This document shows positions 21,539 through 30,884 of a stretch of DNA of 64,000 bases, piece by piece. A program made the position numbers and the translations under genes. Under the pieces are notes generated by a model. That model had not been told where the DNA came from and searched no databases. It was given only the letters and a program-made list of their open reading frames with translations. The DNA is from Promethearchaeota archaeon (GTDB lineage Archaea > Asgardarchaeota > Lokiarchaeia > Sigyniarchaeales > SOKP01): NCBI GenBank assembly GCA_019894975.1, contig JAGXNO010000002.1, positions 1-64,000 on the forward strand, read 5' to 3'. The first letter of the stretch is position 1; every line of letters begins with the position of its first letter.

Positions 21539-21709
21539 TTGAGCAAATTCGAAAGATATACAAAAAAAGTTGAAGTTTATATCGATCCGCATAAACATTG
21601 TAAACAATGCGGAGAAATGATTACTGAAGCTAATACCTATTGTTCTAATTGTTATACAAAATTAAAGGAAAAGAAAAAAAGAAAATTCTTTAGAAGAAAA
21701 AAGAATTAG
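21539..21709 (+). CDS. DUF2116-like Zn-ribbon small protein, 56 aa (not in ORF track)
   Basis: AGGAG SD + TTG; MSKFERYTKKVEVYIDPHKHCKQCGEMITEANTYCSNC..KKN*. Confidence 0.8.
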   Translation: MSKFERYTKKVEVYIDPHKHCKQCGEMITEANTYCSNCYTKLKEKKKRKFFRRKKN

Positions 21710-21742
21710 CTTCTCATCACTGAAGCCAATTTAATAATGTTA

Positions 21743-23446
21743 TTATAAATCCAATCTTTCTAAAAGCCAATTTTTATCTAATAATGTAAGGAATGATCCT
21801 AGCCTTGGACCAGATTTCTTTCCTAAAATAACTGTGTAAATTGCTTCAAATAACTTTCGTGGTGTAATTCCTATATCCTCACTAGCTATAGTAAAGATTT
21901 TATTTTGAATTAAATCAGGGGTATAAAATTTTTCATTAATGAAATAATCTCTTAATGAACTTATACCTTGTTTTTGAGTATCAGTTAGAGAATTTAACAT
22001 ATTGTTATCTAATGTTTCTGGTATAACAAAGATGTTTATTTTTCTTAATATTTCATTTTTAACTTTTTCATTTTCTTCAGTATCAATTATTTCTTTTACA
22101 TTACTAAGCCAACTGGTTGTTTGGTTAATTAATCTCTTAAAGGTTTCTATTGAAATTTCTTCTTCGAATAAGTCTTGTTTCGATGCTTCTTTTGCTTTTT
22201 CATATAATTTTTCAAAACTTAAAATATTTTGAACCTGAGCTAGGAATATTAATAACTTAAATGGGATCCTTACAGATTTTTTATTTGGGATCTCATGAAT
22301 TTGGGTTAAGGGAAACAAATAGCGGGATTCTACCATATCGGATCCTTCACTTGAAACTTTTAAAAAAAACTCTTCCTCCATGCGTTCATAGAAGTCATAA
22401 TATTGGGGTAATTCCTCAGTTCTAAATGATATATGTTTTAAGGGGTTAGTTTTGAGTATTAATGTCCTAAATACTTCTGGATCTGCGATTTTAAGAAATT
22501 CTTTTGGCGTGAAAACGATTCCCTTTGATGTTTTCATATCTCTATCACCTAATCTTAACCATTCGTAAGGAACCTTAACAGGTCCGATAAAATTATATAT
22601 TTCCTGACATAATTCTAGACCTGTATCATAAGCGCCTCCCTTTACACTGTGATCCTTACCTGCAGGTTCGCATGTAGTCTTATAAAGAGCCCATTTAGCG
22701 GGCCAATCAACACGCCAATTCAATTTTAATCTTCCGCTGTAAATAGATATTTTTCCTAGATGACCACAAGAGGTACATGTATATGTTACCACCTGTTCAT
22801 CACTCAAATATTCTTTTGCCCGATTTGGTTTAATTGTACCATCTTTTTTCCGATGCTGAATTCGGTCGCATTCCTCACAAATAACCATTACAGGCATCCA
22901 GCCTTTTTGCAATTCTAAGAAAGACATCTTCTTTTCATCATCTAAGGTTGGTAAAATGTATTTTCGAATAATTTCCTTAATCTTATCTGTATTTTCTAAT
23001 GCAATTTTAATCATTTCTTGCATTTCTTTGGTTTTATATAACTCATGCGTCCATATTATTTCTGCGCTTATCCCAAAATTAGGAAAATTTGATGATAAAT
23101 CGTTTCCAAAATGGTAAGCATAGCTTTCACATTGGCAATCCTGAAATGGACATGGTATGTAAGAAAATGGTTTTCCCAAATATTTAATTTGAAATTCTTG
23201 ATCTATATAGTCTGGAAATCTTACAGCAGCATCTAAACTATCAAAAAATAAGTAAAATCTAACTTCCTTACCCTTTTCTTCCATTATCCTCTTTATAGAA
23301 TCACATATAATAATTTCTCTTAATATTCCAAGATGAATGAATCCTGAAGGTGTCTTTCCTGTAGCTAATGTAACCAAAGATTCATTTCTCTTTAAGATTT
23401 TTTCTACTATTTCATCTAACCAATTAATAGGATAATCTTCACTCAA
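21743..23446 (-). CDS. lysS: Lysyl-tRNA synthetase class I
   Basis: GKTPSGFIHLG, WRVDWPAKW, EPAGKDH, MKTSKG, SGPRLG. Confidence 0.97.
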   Translation of the reverse strand: MSEDYPINWLDEIVEKILKRNESLVTLATGKTPSGFIHLGILREIIICDSIKRIMEEKGKEVRFYLFFDSLDAAVRFPDYIDQEFQIKYLGKPFSYIPCPFQDCQCESYAYHFGNDLSSNFPNFGISAEIIWTHELYKTKEMQEMIKIALENTDKIKEIIRKYILPTLDDEKKMSFLELQKGWMPVMVICEECDRIQHRKKDGTIKPNRAKEYLSDEQVVTYTCTSCGHLGKISIYSGRLKLNWRVDWPAKWALYKTTCEPAGKDHSVKGGAYDTGLELCQEIYNFIGPVKVPYEWLRLGDRDMKTSKGIVFTPKEFLKIADPEVFRTLILKTNPLKHISFRTEELPQYYDFYERMEEEFFLKVSSEGSDMVESRYLFPLTQIHEIPNKKSVRIPFKLLIFLAQVQNILSFEKLYEKAKEASKQDLFEEEISIETFKRLINQTTSWLSNVKEIIDTEENEKVKNEILRKINIFVIPETLDNNMLNSLTDTQKQGISSLRDYFINEKFYTPDLIQNKIFTIASEDIGITPRKLFEAIYTVILGKKSGPRLGSFLTLLDKNWLLERLDL

Positions 23447-23587
23447 ATTCTCTTCACTCTTCAGACTTTTCTTAATTTAGTGAATGAATCCTTCTACAAA
23501 AAACTTTTCTTTCTATATTTTAGAGTGAATTTAGCTACAGTTAATTTATAATATCATTTTTGATTTTAAATGATAGTGATATAAAGA

Positions 23588-25405
23588 ATGAGAATTGCTG
23601 TTCTGAATAAAGATTTTTGTAAACCTAATAAATGTAGCCCCTATGGAGAAAAACCATGCATAAAATATTGTCCTAGAGTAAGAACAGGAGATCAAACCAT
23701 AGTATTAAGTCCTGATGAAAAATATGTAATTATAACTGAAAGTCTTTGTTCAGGTGAAGGTATTTGTATCAAAAAATGCCCATTTAAAGCTATAAGTATT
23801 GTTAATTTACCTGATCCTTTGGAAGATCAAATATCGTTTCGTTATGGTCCAGATCAATTTTCTCTCTTTCGAATGGCAATCCCAAAAAAGGGAAAAGTAC
23901 TTGGATTAATTGGGCAAAATGGAATCGGGAAAAGTACTATGTTAAAAGTATTATCAAATGAATTAAAATTAAATCTTGGTAAATTTGGTGATAATACTCC
24001 TGATTGGAGACAAATAATTGATCACTTTAAAGGATCAGAATTACATCAATATTTTGTAGATCTACAAGAAAATAAATTAAACATTGTATATAAACCTCAA
24101 AATATAACCATAATTCCAAAATATGTAAATGGAAGAGTTATTGATCTTTTGAGCAAAACTGATGAATCCAGTAGGTTGGATCACATCACTGATAATTTAA
24201 ATTTAACAAAAATTTTAGAGAGAGACATCTCTGTATTATCTGGAGGTGAACTTCAACGAGTAGCTATTGCTGCTGCTTATCTTAAAGACGGGGATGTATA
24301 CTTATTTGATGAACCAAGTTCATATTTAGACGTCAGTGAAAGAATTAACATGGCCAAATTAATAAGAAATTTATCAACAGAAAACAAAACAATAATAGTT
24401 GTCGAACATGACTTAGCCATATTAGATTATCTTAGCGATTATGTCTCAATTTTATACGGTGAACCTGGAGTGTATGGTATTATTTCTCATCCTCAAGGAG
24501 TAAGAGTTGGAATTAATATATATTTAAATGGATATATTAAGGATGAAAATGTAAGGTTTAGAGATGATCCTATTATTTTTCATGAACGTCCCCCTCAAGA
24601 ATCTCTTTTTGGTTCTGGAGATATCATATTTTCTTATGATGATATTCAGGTTTCTTTAGGGAATTTCAATTTAACCACTTCTGGAAGTGAAATTCATTCT
24701 GGTGAGATTATTGGGATTTTAGGCCCAAATGGAATAGGAAAGACTACATTTATAAATTCAATCGCAAAAATTGCAAATACTAATAACCATGAAGAACAAA
24801 ATCTAAATGGTAATACTGAAAAATTAACTGTTTCAGTAAAATCTCAATATATAAAAATAGAAGAAGACAAAATAGTTTCTGATCTCATTACACAAATAAA
24901 ATTTGCACCTCATCTTAGCCAATCTTATAAAAAGAGACTGATTAATAGTTTAAAACTTGAGAATATTAGAGAACGTAATATTTCAGAATTGAGTGGTGGA
25001 GAATTACAACGAGTAGCTATAGCAAAATGTTTATCCACTGAAGCAGATATATATCTATTAGATGAGCCTTCAGCATTTTTAGATGTTGAAATGAGATTGC
25101 AAGTAGCCCAACTATTAAGAAAATCAATTGAAGAATTAAAGAAAGCCAGCTTTGTTGTAGAACATGATATTATTACCCAAGATTTTATTGCTGATTCAAT
25201 ACTAGTATTTGATGGTATTCCTGGAATTGAGGGTAATGCTACAGCACCTCAAAATTTAAGAGATGGATTTAATTTGTTTCTTAAAATCATGGGAATTACC
25301 TTCAGGAGAGATGCTTTAACAAAAAGACCAAGAGTAAACAAAATTGGAAGCAATAAGGATATTTATCAAAAGAGAATTAACGAATTCTATTACATTCCCA
25401 AATAA
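23588..25405 (+). CDS. rli1: Ribosome recycling ATPase ABCE1/Rli1
   Basis: N-terminal Fe-S cysteines, two NBDs with LSGGELQR. Confidence 0.97.
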   Translation: MRIAVLNKDFCKPNKCSPYGEKPCIKYCPRVRTGDQTIVLSPDEKYVIITESLCSGEGICIKKCPFKAISIVNLPDPLEDQISFRYGPDQFSLFRMAIPKKGKVLGLIGQNGIGKSTMLKVLSNELKLNLGKFGDNTPDWRQIIDHFKGSELHQYFVDLQENKLNIVYKPQNITIIPKYVNGRVIDLLSKTDESSRLDHITDNLNLTKILERDISVLSGGELQRVAIAAAYLKDGDVYLFDEPSSYLDVSERINMAKLIRNLSTENKTIIVVEHDLAILDYLSDYVSILYGEPGVYGIISHPQGVRVGINIYLNGYIKDENVRFRDDPIIFHERPPQESLFGSGDIIFSYDDIQVSLGNFNLTTSGSEIHSGEIIGILGPNGIGKTTFINSIAKIANTNNHEEQNLNGNTEKLTVSVKSQYIKIEEDKIVSDLITQIKFAPHLSQSYKKRLINSLKLENIRERNISELSGGELQRVAIAKCLSTEADIYLLDEPSAFLDVEMRLQVAQLLRKSIEELKKASFVVEHDIITQDFIADSILVFDGIPGIEGNATAPQNLRDGFNLFLKIMGITFRRDALTKRPRVNKIGSNKDIYQKRINEFYYIPK

Positions 25406-25681
25406 GAGATAATTACTATTACCTTGATCATGGTAAATTCTTTTTTATACTCCTTAATTTCCATTGGAAAAATTATTTTAGAATTTTATAAGTAAAAGTT
25501 AGTTTTGTTAAAATTGTAATAATATTATTTATATATGATTGAGTAATTTTTTACTGGGGCTCTATTCTAAAATATAATATAATTTTTTTCAATTTCAACA
25601 ATTCTAAAATAAAAATTGCAGTAGAAATAAAGCAGTATATGATACATTAATTGGAAAAAAATAATAAAAAATAAAATCAAT

Positions 25682-25936
25682 TTAAGGTTTAATTTTCCAA
25701 AAGACTAATGGTCGTCCTCTTTTACCATCAGTGCGAGAAAATTTTTCTATTAGTTTTCTTTTTTGAAGTTTCACTAAATTATCATAGATTGTAGTTCTCG
25801 GGGTAATCAAATGTTTTACTAAATCTTTACGTGTAGAAGGACCAATATTATCAAGAGTTTTAAGCAGATTATATTGAATTGGAGATAAAAAATCTTTCGA
25901 TTCAGTATATTTTTCTATTGCAGTCCTATTTGCCAT
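25682..25936 (-). CDS. Winged-HTH regulator (TrmB-like)
   Basis: PRTTIYDNLVKLQKRKLI..GKRGRP. Confidence 0.8.
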   Translation of the reverse strand: MANRTAIEKYTESKDFLSPIQYNLLKTLDNIGPSTRKDLVKHLITPRTTIYDNLVKLQKRKLIEKFSRTDGKRGRPLVFWKIKP

Positions 25937-26145
25937 AATTTATTCCTCTAATTTTTTATTAAAATCAAAATCGACAATTTATCGACTTTTTTATTTAATT
26001 CTTAGGAATTTATTCCTATGATCATATTAATCCCAAATAGTATATAAATGATGATTATTTATGCATTATTATCATCAATAAGCACTAAAATTTAAAAACG
26101 AAGTTCAATATTACATCATTGGATTCAAAGTATTAAATCAAAGAA

Positions 26146-26514
26146 ATGACTGAAACTTCAAGAACTACAGTTACTTTAAATAATAGCTATATGAAGCTAA
26201 TTGAAGAACTTGTAGATGTTTTTGGTGCAACTAGAGCTCAAGTAATAAGTAATATTGTAGAATATTTCTTTAACGATACTAAAAATGATCCACTTCTAGA
26301 AAAATTAAGAGCTAGGAAAAGAAAAGAAAGTCCACCTGAACAAAATGAAATAATGGAAAAGATTAGTAAATATTTAAAAATTTCAGATCAAATTCCTTTT
26401 AACGTTTTCCTGGAACATTTAAATTTGGATAGAGATTTTGTTATTAGCCAACTTGATGATTGGGCAGAAAAATTTGATTTTATGTTTATAGACAATAAAA
26501 TTATAAAACGCTAA
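26146..26514 (+). CDS. Ribbon-helix-helix domain protein
   Basis: RTTVTLNNSYMKLIEELVDVFGATRAQVISNIV. Confidence 0.65.
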   Translation: MTETSRTTVTLNNSYMKLIEELVDVFGATRAQVISNIVEYFFNDTKNDPLLEKLRARKRKESPPEQNEIMEKISKYLKISDQIPFNVFLEHLNLDRDFVISQLDDWAEKFDFMFIDNKIIKR

Positions 26515-26548
26515 TAGAATGATTTGATTTAGCTCACTTATTTAGATA

Positions 26549-26749
26549 TCATCCGAAAATATTTAAGAAATCATCTGATAATCCCACTGTCCAATCGAGT
26601 ATAGATGTAATTATCCCTGTTATAATAAAAAATATAAAAAGAGCAAATCCAATGAGTAAAGCATATTCTACAAGATTGCCCCCATACTCATCAGAAAAAA
26701 AATTCCTAATTGTGTTACCTATTTTCTTTAAAGAGCCTTTAATAGTCAT
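26549..26749 (-). CDS. Flp-type pilin
   Basis: FFSDEYG|GNLVEYALLIG matches the Flp F..DE.G|...EY motif. Confidence 0.75.
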   Translation of the reverse strand: MTIKGSLKKIGNTIRNFFSDEYGGNLVEYALLIGFALFIFFIITGIITSILDWTVGLSDDFLNIFG

Positions 26750-26819
26750 TCTTATTTTTTATTTAAATCTAGCTTTTTAAACTAAACAGAATAAAGAAAA
26801 ATGGTATGAGAATTAAGTT

Positions 26820-27233
26820 TTACAGTTCCAGTTTTTTTAAAACAGTATTAAGCTCTGATTTATTTGCTTGATTTCTAGGAATTTTAACTCTAAATGTATC
26901 ATCGTCAATATTTCTGGGAATTATTTGAACATGGAAGTGTTTTACAACTTGACCTGCTGCCGTGAAATTGTTTTGGAGGATATTATACCCGTCTATATCT
27001 AATTTCTCATGAATCATTGTAGCAATTTTTTTAACTGTTTTATAAAGCTCATTTAGTTCGTAGTTAGTAATATCTTCTAGAGTAATATAATGTTTCTTTG
27101 GAATAACTATCGTATGACCCTTTGAAATAGGAAATATATCTAAAAAGGCAAGATTTAGATCATTTTCAAATATAATAGTGGATGGAATTTCTTTTCTGGT
27201 AATTTTACAAAATATACACTCTTCATTTTTCAT
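26820..27233 (-). CDS. HIT family protein
   Basis: CIFCKI, DIFPISKGHTIVIPKKH, AGQVVKHFHVQII. Confidence 0.92.
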   Translation of the reverse strand: MKNEECIFCKITRKEIPSTIIFENDLNLAFLDIFPISKGHTIVIPKKHYITLEDITNYELNELYKTVKKIATMIHEKLDIDGYNILQNNFTAAGQVVKHFHVQIIPRNIDDDTFRVKIPRNQANKSELNTVLKKLEL

Positions 27234-27366
27234 TTTTTTAACCCCTTTTTAATTCTTATGATAGTTAACAATATTTATTTTTATTAAAATTAAAAAACCA
27301 TTACTGAGTTTTATCATATTAAATTATAAAAATTTTTCACATTATAAATTAGAGACTCTGATTATT

Positions 27367-28182
27367 ATGTTTCTTCAGCAAATACAATCAATACTCACAC
27401 ATAAATTATCCCCCAAAATATTTAAATTAAATTCTGAGATTTATGGATTTCAGTATAATCATAATAGAACTGATAAATCAATAAAAAAAGTAATGCTCAC
27501 CATAGATTTGAGTATTAGAGCCTTGCATTTTGCTGTAAAAAATAAAATTAATCTAATCATCTCTTATCATGGTTTATTCAGAAATCCAACTGAGAAATTC
27601 AATCAAGATTTGATAAATAAATTAACCTTACTTACCAAATATCCAATTGCAATTTTTGTATTGAATTCTTCATTCATCGCAGCAGAAGGGGGTGTATCAG
27701 ACACACTAGCAAATGTGCTTTACTTGGACATAAAACGGACTTTTGATATTAAAAATGATAAGGATATTAAAGTTCCAATTGGGAGAATCTGTACACCAAA
27801 AAATTATTTAAATAATAATCAAAAATTGACTTTAGAAAATTTAATTAAAAGAATTAAAACCCACTTAGAGTTGACTCATGTCTCATATATTGGTGATCTT
27901 AAGAAAATAGTTAACAAGGTATGTGTTGTTGGAGGAGATATCTCAAATCTGCAATATTTAAAGAAAGCTAAAGCCCTTGATTGTGATTGTTATATAACTG
28001 GCAGAATTGATTATTTTAGTGCAATCTATAGTAGAGATATTAGCCTTGCATTAATAGAAACTTCACATTATTCAATAGAAATTCTTGCATTAAAAAAAAT
28101 GTGTAACATCTTGAGTTTAGAGTTTCCATATGTCGAATTTACATTATTTGAATCAACTGATCCATTCAATATTTATATCTAG
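27367..28182 (+). CDS. NIF3/YbgI-like protein
   Basis: IKKVMLTIDL, NLIISYHGL, CYITG, HYSIE. Confidence 0.8.
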   Translation: MFLQQIQSILTHKLSPKIFKLNSEIYGFQYNHNRTDKSIKKVMLTIDLSIRALHFAVKNKINLIISYHGLFRNPTEKFNQDLINKLTLLTKYPIAIFVLNSSFIAAEGGVSDTLANVLYLDIKRTFDIKNDKDIKVPIGRICTPKNYLNNNQKLTLENLIKRIKTHLELTHVSYIGDLKKIVNKVCVVGGDISNLQYLKKAKALDCDCYITGRIDYFSAIYSRDISLALIETSHYSIEILALKKMCNILSLEFPYVEFTLFESTDPFNIYI

Positions 28183-28299
28183 AAATTCGTTTAGATAGTA
28201 GAGTAAAAAGACTCTATAATTCTCAAATAAAAGTTTAAATTTATTGAGAGATACTATGTTTTTAACCATATATTATTTTTTTCTCTTATTTAATATATT

Positions 28300-28896
28300 T
28301 TGAAGGAATTAATTATGCCTATAATTGAATATAATGGGAAAAAACCCCAGATAAGCCCAAATTCTTATGTGAGTCCCCAAAGTACCTTAATTGGAGATGT
28401 AAAAGTAAGTGATAATGCAGTTATTTGGCCAGGTTCGATCATTCGAGCAGAAAACTCACCAATTATCATAGGGGAATACTCTACGATTTTTGATGGGGTA
28501 ATGATGTTAACACGATCTCAAAGAAGCTCGATAAATATCGGTCGATATTGCATCATAGAGACGGGAGTAGCATTGTTGGGGTGCTTCATGGAAGATTATG
28601 TTCAAATAAAGGAAGGAACCTTAATCTATGAAGAAGCATCGATAGGAGAAGGTGTTATTATTATGAATGGGAGCCAAGTCCCACCCGGATTAACAATTCC
28701 CGCTCGTACCGTGATGAGAGGAATTCCAGTTGAATCTATTCGAGAGCAAACAAGAAATGATGTATTAAAACAAAAGGATAGAGCGGAAAATTACTCTCAA
28801 TTATTTATTAAGATTAAAAATCAACTTCCAAATGCTCAAGGATATATGCTAACCTTACCAGATTTCTTGAAACTAATGATAAAAAAAGAAGAATAA
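28300..28896 (+). CDS. Gamma-carbonic-anhydrase-like left-handed beta-helix protein lacking Zn ligands; probable start ATG 28315
   Basis: Hexapeptide repeats LIGDVKV..IWPGSIIRAE..IIIG; no His in the protein. Confidence 0.8.
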   Translation: MKELIMPIIEYNGKKPQISPNSYVSPQSTLIGDVKVSDNAVIWPGSIIRAENSPIIIGEYSTIFDGVMMLTRSQRSSINIGRYCIIETGVALLGCFMEDYVQIKEGTLIYEEASIGEGVIIMNGSQVPPGLTIPARTVMRGIPVESIREQTRNDVLKQKDRAENYSQLFIKIKNQLPNAQGYMLTLPDFLKLMIKKEE

Positions 28897-28918
28897 AAAA
28901 AATATTTTTAAAATATAA

Positions 28919-29818
28919 TCATACCATTATATTTAGCATTTTGATCAGTTCTTTATATCTTGAACGAAGAGTCACTTCAGTTACCCCAACTAAATTTGCA
29001 ATTTCTTTTTGTGATACTCTCTTATCCTTCATTTTACAAACTAAATAAAGTGCTCCAGCACACAATCCTTTTGGATCTTTACCAGAAGTAGAAAATTTAG
29101 AGATAAATGTTTGTAAAATCTTAATTGTTCCATTTTCTGCGTCCGCATCTAACTCTAACTCTGCAATGAAGCGTGGAATAAGAGAAATTGGATCAGTGGA
29201 AGGTACTTTTAAATTTAGTTCTCTGATTAGAGTTCTGTAGCATCTTCTAACATTTTTCGCACTTATAGATGTTTGCTCTAGTATCTCTTGTAAAGTCCGA
29301 GGTATTTTTCTTTCCCTACACGCAAAATATAAGCAAGCAGCAACCATTCCATTAATTGACCTTCCTCTAAGAAGTTTCTTTTTAAATGCCTCAATATAAA
29401 GCCTTATAGCTGCTTTTTTCACATGGTTAGGTAAGTTTAAATTACTCCCGATTCTTTTTAATTCGGTAGTTGCGATTAGCATATTTCGCTTATCCCAAGT
29501 CATTCGAGAGTTCCATTTAGCAGCTCGTTTTAAATCAGGGCTTTTAATATTTGATTTATCAATTATAGTGCTTAATCCCATATCTGGTAAGAGAATAGAG
29601 ATTGGAGAACCTGTTCTTTCTCTACTTTCTTTTTCCTGTTTAGTAAATGCTCTTTTACCGCTATGCGAAATATCCACAATTCGTTCACTTATGACTAATC
29701 CACATTGTCCACAAACGATTTCTCCCCTTTCATGGAGTGGAATAACTTTACCCTCACATTCAGGGCATGAGTTTGAAAAATTACTTAAATCTGATTCTAT
29801 TTCCATAATATCAACCAT
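28919..29818 (-). CDS. tfb: Transcription initiation factor IIB
   Basis: CPEC..CGQCGLV, ERTGSP, LRGRSI, GKDPKG, GVTEVTLRSRY. Confidence 0.96.
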   Translation of the reverse strand: MVDIMEIESDLSNFSNSCPECEGKVIPLHERGEIVCGQCGLVISERIVDISHSGKRAFTKQEKESRERTGSPISILLPDMGLSTIIDKSNIKSPDLKRAAKWNSRMTWDKRNMLIATTELKRIGSNLNLPNHVKKAAIRLYIEAFKKKLLRGRSINGMVAACLYFACRERKIPRTLQEILEQTSISAKNVRRCYRTLIRELNLKVPSTDPISLIPRFIAELELDADAENGTIKILQTFISKFSTSGKDPKGLCAGALYLVCKMKDKRVSQKEIANLVGVTEVTLRSRYKELIKMLNIMV

Positions 29819-30078
29819 TTTATATTTTTATAACTACAAAAATTCCTTATACCCATATTTCTGTTGAAATTTAACCCGTATAACGCTTAGAAATTTGTTA
29901 AAATTACTCAAAATTTCACGTGACTGAAAATCGAATATAATCTCTGATGCAAATAATATATATATAAAAAGGTTATATAAATGTTTCGCTCTGGAGTTGG
30001 TTCTGTTTTTGAAGTAGTAATAAGTGATGAAAAGTTACATGGTTTTGATTTGTCGGAATACGAGGATAATATATTATC

Positions 30079-30714
30079 TTATAAAAAAAATGGAAGATAT
30101 GTAGTAAACCCAAATAAAATACATCCCATAATACCTGAAATTAAACTACCGAACACTCTCATGGGGTTGTTGATTAGCCGGTTATTATTTATTAGATACC
30201 ATAAACTTAATAATATAGTTAGAACTGACATCAAAGATCCAAATGCAAAGCAATAATATATGGTCTTCTCATGAGGATACTGAGAAACAGAAATATCCTT
30301 TATCCCATTCAAATAAAAAGGATCTATTCCCATAAAATCAATAAAATTGTAGATTAATCTATCAGGTAAAGGCTCTAAAATCCAAATAAAGAAGTAGGTT
30401 AAATAATTAAATAAGATTCCAAAAGCTAAGACAATATAAAGTGTACCCAGAATTAATCTTGGCTTAGTTAACACGTCTTCTTTTTTATCAATGCCACCTC
30501 TTGTTCTTGATTGTTGGTAAACACCTCTAAATCGCAACAATGTAAAAATTCCTATGAATAAAATTATAAAAACAAAAATATATTTGAGATATTTGGAAAA
30601 AATTAAAAAAAACTCATTGAAAGCAATACACCAATTCTCCAAGCCGTTGACTACGTCTTCTAGTATGTTTCCTGTAGGTTGGATTATGATATTAGATTTA
30701 AAACCATTAAACAT
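30079..30714 (-). CDS. Membrane protein of unknown function
   Basis: About four TM segments. Confidence 0.65.
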   Translation of the reverse strand: MFNGFKSNIIIQPTGNILEDVVNGLENWCIAFNEFFLIFSKYLKYIFVFIILFIGIFTLLRFRGVYQQSRTRGGIDKKEDVLTKPRLILGTLYIVLAFGILFNYLTYFFIWILEPLPDRLIYNFIDFMGIDPFYLNGIKDISVSQYPHEKTIYYCFAFGSLMSVLTILLSLWYLINNNRLINNPMRVFGSLISGIMGCILFGFTTYLPFFL

Positions 30715-30884
30715 TTCACAATAAGGTTAAGAATCTTGTATTTAAAGTCTACAAAATAATCATAAATACCGTAAAAAAAAGATTCCTAAAATTATTCTTT
30801 AAAACCACTTTTACAATCATTAAATCTGATCTATCCTACTTTTTGTTTTCTTTAAATAATCGTAATCCAACCTTAAATTGAATT

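Noticed and set aside
29981-30256. 91-aa plus-strand ORF
   Set aside because: Mostly antisense to the 211-aa membrane protein; no motif
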